Shown here in pieces: positions 1-9,406 of a DNA stretch of 64,000 nucleotides. How positions within the stretch are numbered: position 1 is the first letter of the stretch; every line of letters begins with the position of its first letter. The DNA lies in IMG/VR virus record IMGVR_UViG_3300030098_004828, positions 181,647 to 245,646 of that record; one strand, 5' to 3'. The translations under genes and the position numbers were made by a program. The notes beneath the pieces are model-generated. The model was not told where the DNA came from. It searched no databases and was given only the letters and a program-made list of their open reading frames with translations.

Positions 1-2
1 GT

Positions 3-1883
3 TCTGTTTTTAATGATTACTTTATTAGGGAATTTGTAGATACATTAGATATGCAAATGGATGGTTCAATTAGTGGAAATATGACAAATGCAACTAATCA
101 AATACAAGTTGGTGTGGGTGCATGGACATCAATGTTACCAATGAATCTAGAACCTTTGTGTCCTTGGGGTGATTCTGATAGTGCTGGTATTATAAATCAA
201 AATGTAACAGGTTTAACTAATAATGCATTAGAAATATATAATACAGCAAATAGTATGATAAATAGTCAGCAGGCTATGTATGGTATAGCGGCTACTACTG
301 GACCTGGAGATACTTATCAAGCGGCTATGTCAGTAGCTTATAATGAATTTAATAATACTGTAGGTTCTTCACCTTTAGGTGATAGATCTGGTCAAAATGG
401 TTATCAAAAACATTTAATTATTGTTACAGATGTAACATCTATTTCTCCTTGTAATAATAATTGTACTTGTTGTGGTACTGGTAATCCTTATCCTGATCAA
501 TCTATGGATTATTATTTACAACTAGCACAAGCTGAAGGATTTACAGTTCATGTAGTTTGGTCAGGAGCTCCAGGGGGTCAAAGTCTCCAACAAATAATAG
601 ATAGAACTGAATGTTTACTTACTTATTCAAACGGACAACTTTATCAAATTGGTGTAAATAATATAAATGATACAGATGCTGTTGCTGCTAATACACAAGC
701 TGTTGCACAAAATATTGCACGAGATTTAGATTGCACTCTTCCTCCTGATCCTATAGAATGCTTATGCCCTGATGATACTTGGACAATGGTTTATTCAGCT
801 GATGGTGGTGATACTTTTACATTAGAAGAAAATCCTGATCCAACTGCAGATTGTGAACCAGGTAGAACAGCTGTATGTAGAAAAATAAATTGTTATTGTG
901 ATGATTCACAAGTAGAATCTGATTTAACTGATATAGATATTACTACAACGGGTGAATGTAGTGATATTTATGAAGTGGGAGAAGAAGACTATGTTAATCC
1001 AAATCCTCTTTTCTGTAGTTATGATTCTGAATATTGTACAACAGGAAGTAATATTAGAGGAGGATTATGGAGACATAATTATAGATGTAATTTATTTTCT
1101 AATTATTATGATGTTCAATATGGTTGGGAAATTGAAATGGTTGAATCAGTTGGTCAAACAGTTAATACTTTAAGAAGTATTGAATATGAAATGGAGGCTT
1201 ATTTATATAGAAGACCTTTAGACTGTGAAGGAAATGCTATATGTGGATGGACTACATGGGATGGTGGAACTCATCCAATATATACTCCTGGTCTTGACAT
1301 GGATCAAGAATGTACAATGAGAGCTCATCAATTAGATTATAATTTTAATTGGGCTTATATTTATAATACAGAACAAGTTTCAGGTGATTTACATTTAACT
1401 TTGAAACCTAAAAATAATGCTCCAGAAATCAATAATTATCCACAGACAACTATTGATGAAGAATGTAATGAAAATAGTTTCTATGATATATTGTATGATA
1501 AGGTAGAACAAAAATATAGATTTAATCAATTCTGGGATATTACAGCTAATAGAGGTGAAAATATACAACCCGCAGGAAACTTTGATAGTGGTAGTGGTCC
1601 AGATCCTGTTCAACATATTATAAATTTACATTTAAATGGTTATACAAGAGTTTTAAATTCTTTAAATTTAGATTATGATAAACCACCACTTCAAAGAAAA
1701 AAATTCAGACATTATTGGAATAAAGTAACTTTAATGAGAAAACCAATTCCTGTAACACCAACAAGTGATATGACGTATGGTGAAACTTATGTTTATGATA
1801 AAGATGGAAATCCAGTATTATTGGAAAGAACAAAAATGTTACTTAAATTAGATAACGCAAAAATTAATGTATCCTTTAGATAA
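3..1883 (+). CDS. Tail stabilization/muzzle-like protein of crAss-like type, 5'-truncated, with VWA-like and Cys-rich inserts
   Basis: The frame is open from base 3, so the track start at 51 is internal. The C-terminal block GGLWRHN..C..F.NYY..YGWEIE..NTLRSIEY..AYIYNTEQVSG..YRFNQFWD..RKKFRHY resembles the crAss-like stabilization protein. It lies directly upstream of the cargo/RNAP block. The N-part has VWA-like elements (GDTYQAAMSVAY, KHLIIVTD). Confidence 0.65.
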   Translation, partial: SVFNDYFIREFVDTLDMQMDGSISGNMTNATNQIQVGVGAWTSMLPMNLEPLCPWGDSDSAGIINQNVTGLTNNALEIYNTANSMINSQQAMYGIAATTGPGDTYQAAMSVAYNEFNNTVGSSPLGDRSGQNGYQKHLIIVTDVTSISPCNNNCTCCGTGNPYPDQSMDYYLQLAQAEGFTVHVVWSGAPGGQSLQQIIDRTECLLTYSNGQLYQIGVNNINDTDAVAANTQAVAQNIARDLDCTLPPDPIECLCPDDTWTMVYSADGGDTFTLEENPDPTADCEPGRTAVCRKINCYCDDSQVESDLTDIDITTTGECSDIYEVGEEDYVNPNPLFCSYDSEYCTTGSNIRGGLWRHNYRCNLFSNYYDVQYGWEIEMVESVGQTVNTLRSIEYEMEAYLYRRPLDCEGNAICGWTTWDGGTHPIYTPGLDMDQECTMRAHQLDYNFNWAYIYNTEQVSGDLHLTLKPKNNAPEINNYPQTTIDEECNENSFYDILYDKVEQKYRFNQFWDITANRGENIQPAGNFDSGSGPDPVQHIINLHLNGYTRVLNSLNLDYDKPPLQRKKFRHYWNKVTLMRKPIPVTPTSDMTYGETYVYDKDGNPVLLERTKMLLKLDNAKINVSFR

Positions 1884-4255
1884 TGAAAAATAAGAAAAAA
1901 GAATATGGCGGTTCGGGTGGAAGAACTACAGCTCTAAGAAACTTCATGTATGATAAGAAGAGAAATAAACCATTTGGTGAAGATATTGATGATTTATATG
2001 AAGCTAGATTTGGTAGCTGGTTAAAAGATAAATGGGATGCTAATAAAGATACAATTCAAAAATATGCAGACTATGCTTCTTATGTCCCTGTTATTGGAAA
2101 AGCTGCAGGTTTTGTTAGTGCAGGTATAGATACATATGATGCCTATCAAGCGTATCAAGCAGGTGATATGGATACCTATAGAAAGGAAAGAAATAAAGCT
2201 CTTACAACTGCTATGTTTAGTGGTACACCTGGACAATATGTTAAAGGTGCAATTAAAACTGGTATAAAAAAAGCTACTCCACAATTAGCAACAAAGACTA
2301 CTGCTCATGTAACTAAAACAGGAATTAAAGATGGGAGTAAAGAATTACAAGATACAACACAAGAAAATCCTATTATTGATAGTTCAATACCAACAGGAGC
2401 AAATGTTAAAGATCCAAGAGAAATGGCTAGTATAGGTATAGAAACAAGAGAAATTTTACATAATCAAATAACTAATCAACTTTTAAATCAAGTAGAAAAT
2501 GAATGGACTACTGATCTTCAAAAAGATAGAAATAATGTTACAGGTAAAAGTTCTACAGATTATACTGTAGATTTTATAGAAAATACACCAGAATATTCTT
2601 CATTAAATAATATAGAATTACCCTTTGGAAGTGTATCTGTAAACTCTCCCTTTACTCATAAATCATATATAACTGAAGGTGGAAAATCAAATAAAGATGT
2701 TAATGATAAATATATAGAAAATATTAGTATTAATAATGATATATCTAAAGTAAAAAGTTTTAAAGAAGAATCAGATTTAACAATGGATACTTTATATAGA
2801 GAAGATGATTGGAGTGATTATAATGTTGCACAACATAATGATGTTATAAGAATACAAAAAGAATTAGTAAATAATGGATATGATATTGGAGATTCTGATA
2901 ATGAAATTGTAAATAGAACTATAGAACCTAGATATAAAAATAAAGGTGTAGATGCAAAGTTTGGAAATAAAACTAAAAAAGCATGGTTTGAATATCAATT
3001 TAATAAATTAAATATTCAAAATAAAAATTTAATGACAGCATCTTATTATGATAAATTAGAAAATTCTGATGATGTAAATTGGAAATTTAATATATATAAT
3101 TCTAAAAATAAAAAGTTTAATTATGAAAATGCCAGATCTAAAGAGTATAATCAAGATGATAAATTAGCTTATATAGAAAGTATTGATGGTATAATGTCTC
3201 CTGATGAATATAAAAATACTGAAGAAATTTTAAACTTCTTAGATAATAGTATACCTGAATTAACTAAAGATATGTTGGTAGAGATAGATCATAATTGGGT
3301 AAGCAATACAGTTTTAGCAATGATTAAAGATAAAGTACCAGTAAATTTAGATAAAATTGATCCAGGTGTTTTAGAGTATTTTGATATAGATGAAATTAAT
3401 ATTAATACAGATCCTAAAAAATTAGCAGTATTAACTGCTTATAATCTTATAAATAATTATTCTAAAATAAAATCACATTTAGAAACTTCTCAATCTTTAT
3501 CAGAAAATATTGAAGAATATCAAATAAGAGATCTTGCTAGTTTTAAAATGGGTAATAGATATATAGACCAAAGACCTGATGAATATACAGATAAAGAAAT
3601 ATTAGAAAATCAATTAATGACTGCAGAAAATTTAAGAAGGTTATTAGAGAATGAAACTGTTGCTGATAGAAATAAAATATTATCTACTGATAACGCTCAA
3701 GAAATTATAGCTAATGCAAAAAATGCTTTAAGTATTAGTACAGGAAATATTGATAATATAGCTAATACTTCAAATATTAGAAATAAAATAAAAACTAAAG
3801 GTGGAGAAATAAAAGAACCAAAGTATACAGGAAAGTATGCAAAGTATGGATATCAACTTGATAAAGAATGGGCAGCAAAAAAAGAATATGAAAATGGTGG
3901 AGATATTGATTCAAAATTAGAAAAAACTTTATTAAGTAAAAAATGGATTAAACCTAGAGAACATAAGCATAAAAAATTTAATATGGCTTCGTTACCAACG
4001 CATATAATATTAAATTCTCTTGATTTAAAGTATATGAAAAGAGGAGGTGATTATCCTGATATGGGAGTAAAAATTAAAATATATAATGATTATTTAAATG
4101 GTGTTTTTGATAAAATGGATAATAAAGAACATAAAAAGAAAGCGCATAAAATAGTTAATAAATTAAATAGATTTTATATGTATGATGCAAGAGATAATAA
4201 TCAACATGTATTTGATTATATGAAATCACAGTTAAGTAAGCCTAAGAATAAATAG
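1883..4255 (+). CDS. Putative virion cargo protein with peptidoglycan-binding domain (790 aa)
   Basis: DVIRIQKELVNNGYDIG...GVDAKFGNKTKKAW (2840-2986) matches the PG_binding_1 pattern. It has several xxxGG motifs and sits in the late operon. Confidence 0.6.
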   Translation: MKNKKKEYGGSGGRTTALRNFMYDKKRNKPFGEDIDDLYEARFGSWLKDKWDANKDTIQKYADYASYVPVIGKAAGFVSAGIDTYDAYQAYQAGDMDTYRKERNKALTTAMFSGTPGQYVKGAIKTGIKKATPQLATKTTAHVTKTGIKDGSKELQDTTQENPIIDSSIPTGANVKDPREMASIGIETREILHNQITNQLLNQVENEWTTDLQKDRNNVTGKSSTDYTVDFIENTPEYSSLNNIELPFGSVSVNSPFTHKSYITEGGKSNKDVNDKYIENISINNDISKVKSFKEESDLTMDTLYREDDWSDYNVAQHNDVIRIQKELVNNGYDIGDSDNEIVNRTIEPRYKNKGVDAKFGNKTKKAWFEYQFNKLNIQNKNLMTASYYDKLENSDDVNWKFNIYNSKNKKFNYENARSKEYNQDDKLAYIESIDGIMSPDEYKNTEEILNFLDNSIPELTKDMLVEIDHNWVSNTVLAMIKDKVPVNLDKIDPGVLEYFDIDEININTDPKKLAVLTAYNLINNYSKIKSHLETSQSLSENIEEYQIRDLASFKMGNRYIDQRPDEYTDKEILENQLMTAENLRRLLENETVADRNKILSTDNAQEIIANAKNALSISTGNIDNIANTSNIRNKIKTKGGEIKEPKYTGKYAKYGYQLDKEWAAKKEYENGGDIDSKLEKTLLSKKWIKPREHKHKKFNMASLPTHIILNSLDLKYMKRGGDYPDMGVKIKIYNDYLNGVFDKMDNKEHKKKAHKIVNKLNRFYMYDARDNNQHVFDYMKSQLSKPKNK

Positions 4256-4279
4256 CTATGTTAGATTATGTGGTTAGAA

Positions 4280-4293
4280 TTTAGTATATTATA
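4280..4293 (+). promoter_or_regulatory. Putative late promoter TTTAGTATATTATA
   Basis: Intergenic. Near-identical to motifs at 37640, 38967 and 45707, each upstream of a + strand gene block. Confidence 0.55.
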
Positions 4294-4314
4294 ATATATA
4301 GTAGACTTTTTAAT

Positions 4315-6801
4315 ATGATGCAAAACCCAGAAAATATGATAAATCCCATGACTGCGGATATACAATCATGTCCTGTTGCTACACAGGATCCTGGTATACG
4401 AGCATCTAATACTGATCAAGCTGTTCAACTTGCTAATTATGGAGCAGCAAATATGGAAGCAAAATGTGGTAAGTGTATATATTTTGATATATCAAAAAGA
4501 ATGAAAAACTGTATAGATGAAGAAGATCCTGCAATAGGTTATTGTCATAGATGGCAATTTCAATGTCAAAAACAAAATACATGTGATGCTTGGGATGAGG
4601 GAGGTCCTATAAAATCTGAAAAACAATCATTACAAATGCAATCTGAATATCAAGAAGATGCTATAAGACAAGGACCACATGTTCCCAAAGAAGAAATAAT
4701 GAGTTCTATTACTCCTGTTCAAGAAGAACAATTACCTGCTGAAGATATGAGTGCTGAAGAATATGTTACTGCTGCTAGACGAGGTGGTCAAGTTAGTAGC
4801 ATTCTTAAAAAAAAAAGATTAGGTGGTATTAAAAAAGCACAAACAGGTTCGGGATTACCTACTTATAAAGAATCTTGGGATGCAAATACAGATAATGTAC
4901 AGAGTAAATATGATTCATATGAAGATTATGTAGCAGCTGCAGAACAATGGTGGGCAGATCAAGGAAGTAGTGATGATTCAGAAAATACAGAGAATACAGA
5001 AAACAATGAAGATACACCTTCAGATGAAAAAGGACCTTTAAAATGTGTTAAGTGTGTAGATGGTGCTATTGAACCAGTATTACCTCAAAAAGATAAAGAA
5101 TTTTCTATATGTCCACAAGGATCATTTGATGCAAGTGTTGTACCAGATCCTTGTAATATGGAAAAGGATAAAAAAGATGATAAAAAAACAGAACCAGAAG
5201 ATGTTGATATAAAAGCAACACAAAAAGGTAGACCTGGATCACCAAGTCCAGATCCTTATCATTTACCTTTTATGGATGATACTAATCTTGGTTTAGCTTT
5301 AGGAGCAGTTCATGGAACTCTTTATGATTTTGGTCTTATAGGGAATGAAAAAAAAGTAAAGGAAGAAGAAACAAAAAAAGAAGCAGATAAATTAGAAAAT
5401 AAAGCAGAAGATGACGGAAGAGTTTCTTGTCAAAAATGTGAAGGAGGTTATCCAATAAGCAATCTATTTAAAGACAAATGTCCAGAAGGTTGGGTTGAAT
5501 CAAGTGATTCAAATCCTTGTGAAGAAGGTACAGATCCTGAAACAGATAAAAAAGAATCTACTGAAGATAGCACAGAAGAATCAAGCTTTGATAAAGCCTT
5601 TGCTGATGCAAGAGCTCAAGGATTAGATGAGTTTACTTGGAATGGTAAAAGATATCATACTAAAACAAGAGAAGAAGTAGATGCTGAAAATGACCAAAAA
5701 ACATTAGATATATTAGAAGGTGGAATACAACCACCTCAATCTCAATCTGAAATAGATATCCAAAATGAAAGAAATAAAATTTTATCAGGAGATGATCAAT
5801 GGTGGAATCTAGATCCAAATCTTCAAAATCAATATAATGAAATAGATAGTAGATCAACTACGGGAGCAAGATTAGGTCATGAATATAGTGCTTTACATGA
5901 TTTTATAAAAAAAGCAACTCAAGGAACTGAAACAACAGATATAGAAAAATGGTATCAAGGATATCTTCATAATATAGGTCAAGAAGAGCCTATGTCTTTT
6001 GAACAATGGAAACAAGATAAATTACCTTTTATGGATACATCACAGGTAGCTACTCCTAATGTAACTCCTCAAGATAATTCACAAGTTAACTTAACTGTTC
6101 CTCAAACAAATACTGCTGCTGACTTTAGTGTTATGGGAGAAGATGCTGATGGAGATGGAATTCCTAATTCAATAGATTCAGATTTTGCAGGAACGACTCC
6201 AACTGTTGGACCAGAGAATCAACCGCCTCCAGCTCCAACAGAAATATTATCATGTCAATTTTGTGATAATGGATCTCCAAGAAGTGTACCACCTGTTGAT
6301 GGTAAATGTCCAGAAGGAACAAGCCCAGAAGATGGTACAGATCCTTGTGCTAAGGAACAAGATCCTAATGCACAAGTTGAAGATAAAAAAGAAGAAGGAG
6401 AAGATAAAAGTAAACGTGGTCCTTGCCCACCTACTTATGAATGGGATGAAGAAGCTAAAACTTGTAAGCCAGGTAGAAACTTTATGAGACCGTTTGCAAG
6501 AGTTCCTAAAATGTTAGCAAAAATTAAAAGAAATGTGCAAGGTAAAAAAGATGATATGAGACGTAAATCTGTTACAACAAAATCTGATGTTGTTTTTGCA
6601 GATACTATTGGAGAAGATTATCAAGGAGATACAAATATAAATACAGGAAAAAAACAAGGGCAAAATGTATATTCTAGGCAAGGTGCTTATGGAACAGAGG
6701 TTGATAAATTTATACCTACTAGAGGAGGAAAAGCAACAATTGATATGGAAACTTATAAAAAACTAATTAAAGCGGGAGCTAAACTAGATATAATAGATTA
6801 A
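4315..6801 (+). CDS. Mosaic virion/cargo protein (828 aa): N-terminal 7-Cys HiPIP-like domain, three CxxC..CP.G..PC repeats, F..AF..AR..G module
   Basis: Motifs read directly from the translation, plus acidic linkers, a DADGDGIPNSID Ca-binding-like loop and a GG-preceded C-terminal LIKAGAKLDII tail. Confidence 0.55.
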   Translation: MMQNPENMINPMTADIQSCPVATQDPGIRASNTDQAVQLANYGAANMEAKCGKCIYFDISKRMKNCIDEEDPAIGYCHRWQFQCQKQNTCDAWDEGGPIKSEKQSLQMQSEYQEDAIRQGPHVPKEEIMSSITPVQEEQLPAEDMSAEEYVTAARRGGQVSSILKKKRLGGIKKAQTGSGLPTYKESWDANTDNVQSKYDSYEDYVAAAEQWWADQGSSDDSENTENTENNEDTPSDEKGPLKCVKCVDGAIEPVLPQKDKEFSICPQGSFDASVVPDPCNMEKDKKDDKKTEPEDVDIKATQKGRPGSPSPDPYHLPFMDDTNLGLALGAVHGTLYDFGLIGNEKKVKEEETKKEADKLENKAEDDGRVSCQKCEGGYPISNLFKDKCPEGWVESSDSNPCEEGTDPETDKKESTEDSTEESSFDKAFADARAQGLDEFTWNGKRYHTKTREEVDAENDQKTLDILEGGIQPPQSQSEIDIQNERNKILSGDDQWWNLDPNLQNQYNEIDSRSTTGARLGHEYSALHDFIKKATQGTETTDIEKWYQGYLHNIGQEEPMSFEQWKQDKLPFMDTSQVATPNVTPQDNSQVNLTVPQTNTAADFSVMGEDADGDGIPNSIDSDFAGTTPTVGPENQPPPAPTEILSCQFCDNGSPRSVPPVDGKCPEGTSPEDGTDPCAKEQDPNAQVEDKKEEGEDKSKRGPCPPTYEWDEEAKTCKPGRNFMRPFARVPKMLAKIKRNVQGKKDDMRRKSVTTKSDVVFADTIGEDYQGDTNINTGKKQGQNVYSRQGAYGTEVDKFIPTRGGKATIDMETYKKLIKAGAKLDIID

Positions 6802-6803
6802 AT

Positions 6804-9347
6804 ATGAAAGTAAATATAAATAAATTACCACAAGGTTTTGATATAGTAGATGGCAAAGTTATTGAAAGCAAGTCTCATGGAGGGATGCATACAGGTGACC
6901 AATATAATTATCATTTAGTTACAAATACTGATACACATTGGCATAACGGTAATGGAGATATTGAAGGAGGTAGAAAAGTTAATACTAGTATTCAACCTGT
7001 ACCTAGAGAAGAAGCTAATATAGAAGCTGAAAAAGGAGAAACTGTTTTAACAGATATGAATGATGATGGTGTATTTGAACTATATAATATAGCTGGTAAA
7101 AGACATTCAAGAGGAGGTACACCTTTAGATCTTCCACCTCAATCTTTTATATATTCAGATACTAGAGAAATGAAGCTTAATAAAGCTGAATTAAATGAAC
7201 TAGGTATTGACTTTAAAAAGAAATTAACTCCTGCAACTGTATCAAAAAAATATCAATTAAATAAATATTTAGAAATTTTAGATAACCCGCATTCTGATAA
7301 TATTGCTATTGATACAGCAGAATATATGTTAGATAAAAATAAAAAGAAATTATCACATTTAGCTTTTGTTCAAGAAGCTAAAAAAGATTTTGTTGAAGGA
7401 GTACCTTTAGCTTCATATGCATATTTAAAAGAACAAGGTTTAGATCCAGAACAATATGCTGCAAAAATAGATACTTTAAATCAGCAAGAAATTCAATTAG
7501 AAGCAGACTTACAAATGCCTCCTAGTCTTCAGGAAGCTGCTTTAAATTTGAACTCAATGCTTTCTGATATCAATCAAGCTGAACAAGGACTACCGCCAGA
7601 AGCTATGCAACAACCTGCACAAACACCACCTGGCGAATTACCAATGGCACAACCTTTGTCACCAGAACAAATGGCTCAAGCAATGCCTATGCCACAAGAA
7701 GCTCCTATGGCTATGCAGCAACCAGGAATGCCTCAAGAACAAGTGCCAATTCCTGAATTTGATACAGGTGGTGATTTTGCAGGATTAAATGAAGATCAGC
7801 AAAATAAAATGAAACAAGCAGGATATACTTGGAATGGATCCAGATGGGTGCATCCAACAGGTACTGATGCTAACACTGATTTTATCATTAATCAATTAAA
7901 GAAAGGATACAATATAGATCTTGTAGAGGATTATGATCAACCAGGTATAGGAGTAGACGGTCAACAATCCGTTGACTATATGACTAATATACCTAAAGAT
8001 CTTTTTATGGAACAAAATAAAACTATTCTTTCAGGTGTTAAAGATGCAGATGGTAATCCTATGTTTACAGATGATAATCCTTATGATCCATCTAATAAAG
8101 ATCATGTTAAGGCTTATCAAACAGAACATAGAAAGTTTACAGATAATTATTATAAAACAAATCCAAAGGTTCAAGAGATGTATCCTAATATAGAGGATTA
8201 CTATAGAGCAACTGGAACATTTTGGGATAACCCGGATAATAATTGGAGTAGTATTGATGGACATCATGGTGAATATACAAACCGTTCAAGGGCTTGGACT
8301 TTACCAGAAGAAAAGAAAATAGATGTTGAAATAAAAAATACAGATACATGTCCTGATGCAGAAAAGAAAGCAGCTGAATGTAAAGAAAAAGGTTTAACTT
8401 GGGTTCAAGAAAATTGTGGATGTGGTGCTGCTCCACCAGCAACAAAGACTACAACAGAATGGGAAACTCCAGAATTTTGGTTACAAGATCAAATTAAATT
8501 AACAGATCTTTATCAAAAGAAACTTAATCAAAAGAAATATATGCCATGGGCTCAAACAGTTGCACCAGTTCAAGTTGATGCCACATATGTTGATCCTACA
8601 CAAGCTATACAAAGTATACAGGCTTCAGCTAAAGAAGCTGGTGATAATACTGTATTTGCAGGTAAAGCTGCTAATATGGCTGCTAAAATGAAAGCTCAAG
8701 GTATGGCTATGAAAGAAGCAGGTAATATATTTGCAAGAACACAAGAAGCAAACATGCAAGAAAATCAGCAAGTTAGAAAGATGAATTCATATATGAAGGC
8801 AGAAGCTGCTCAAAAAAATGCTGCAATAAAAACAAAACTATATGATGACGTACAAAGAGTTCATGCTGACTATGATAATACAAAGTCAAAATTAAATACT
8901 CAAATTGCAAATCAACTTGCTAATGCATATACTAATATGTCAAATACTGAGAATTTAAATACATTATATCCACAATTTGATATTGATCAAGGAAGTGGTG
9001 GATTTATTAGATTTGAAAATCCACAAGATTTATTTCCTAAACAAACTGATGATGAATCAGCTACAGATAAATTTATAAGAACAACACAAGATTTACAAAA
9101 AGTAGGCATTGATGTTAATAATATGGATGGAAGTACTTTAGAATTACTTGCTGGAATATCTGAAGCTGATAAAGAAAAAGAAGAAAAAAATAAAAATCCA
9201 TATGCAGAAGTAAGTCCTTTTGTGGAAGCAATGGCAAATTCAGGATACACAAGTAAATATGGAACAGAAAAAAGAAACAGAATAAAAATGAACGGTGCAG
9301 CATTGAGGCAATGGTTCTCTCCACTTCAAAAAGGATGGGCTGATTAA
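6804..9347 (+). CDS. crAss-like head cargo protein (847 aa)
   Basis: NIEAEKGETV...GKRHSRGG..L.LP..SFIYSD is a motif recurrent in crAss-like internal cargo proteins. It has a Q/P/M-rich linker and a coiled-coil C-half, and precedes the RNAP block. Confidence 0.6.
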   Translation: MKVNINKLPQGFDIVDGKVIESKSHGGMHTGDQYNYHLVTNTDTHWHNGNGDIEGGRKVNTSIQPVPREEANIEAEKGETVLTDMNDDGVFELYNIAGKRHSRGGTPLDLPPQSFIYSDTREMKLNKAELNELGIDFKKKLTPATVSKKYQLNKYLEILDNPHSDNIAIDTAEYMLDKNKKKLSHLAFVQEAKKDFVEGVPLASYAYLKEQGLDPEQYAAKIDTLNQQEIQLEADLQMPPSLQEAALNLNSMLSDINQAEQGLPPEAMQQPAQTPPGELPMAQPLSPEQMAQAMPMPQEAPMAMQQPGMPQEQVPIPEFDTGGDFAGLNEDQQNKMKQAGYTWNGSRWVHPTGTDANTDFIINQLKKGYNIDLVEDYDQPGIGVDGQQSVDYMTNIPKDLFMEQNKTILSGVKDADGNPMFTDDNPYDPSNKDHVKAYQTEHRKFTDNYYKTNPKVQEMYPNIEDYYRATGTFWDNPDNNWSSIDGHHGEYTNRSRAWTLPEEKKIDVEIKNTDTCPDAEKKAAECKEKGLTWVQENCGCGAAPPATKTTTEWETPEFWLQDQIKLTDLYQKKLNQKKYMPWAQTVAPVQVDATYVDPTQAIQSIQASAKEAGDNTVFAGKAANMAAKMKAQGMAMKEAGNIFARTQEANMQENQQVRKMNSYMKAEAAQKNAAIKTKLYDDVQRVHADYDNTKSKLNTQIANQLANAYTNMSNTENLNTLYPQFDIDQGSGGFIRFENPQDLFPKQTDDESATDKFIRTTQDLQKVGIDVNNMDGSTLELLAGISEADKEKEEKNKNPYAEVSPFVEAMANSGYTSKYGTEKRNRIKMNGAALRQWFSPLQKGWAD

Positions 9348-9389
9348 ACCTAAAAAGTGTATCATAGTAATTTTTAAAACTTAAAAAAT

Positions 9390-9405
9390 TTTAGTACTTT
9401 TAATA
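9390..9405 (+). promoter_or_regulatory. Putative promoter variant TTTAGTACTTTTAATA immediately before ATG 9407
   Basis: Intergenic variant of the TTT(A)GTATATTAT motif. Confidence 0.4.
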
Positions 9406-9406
9406 T

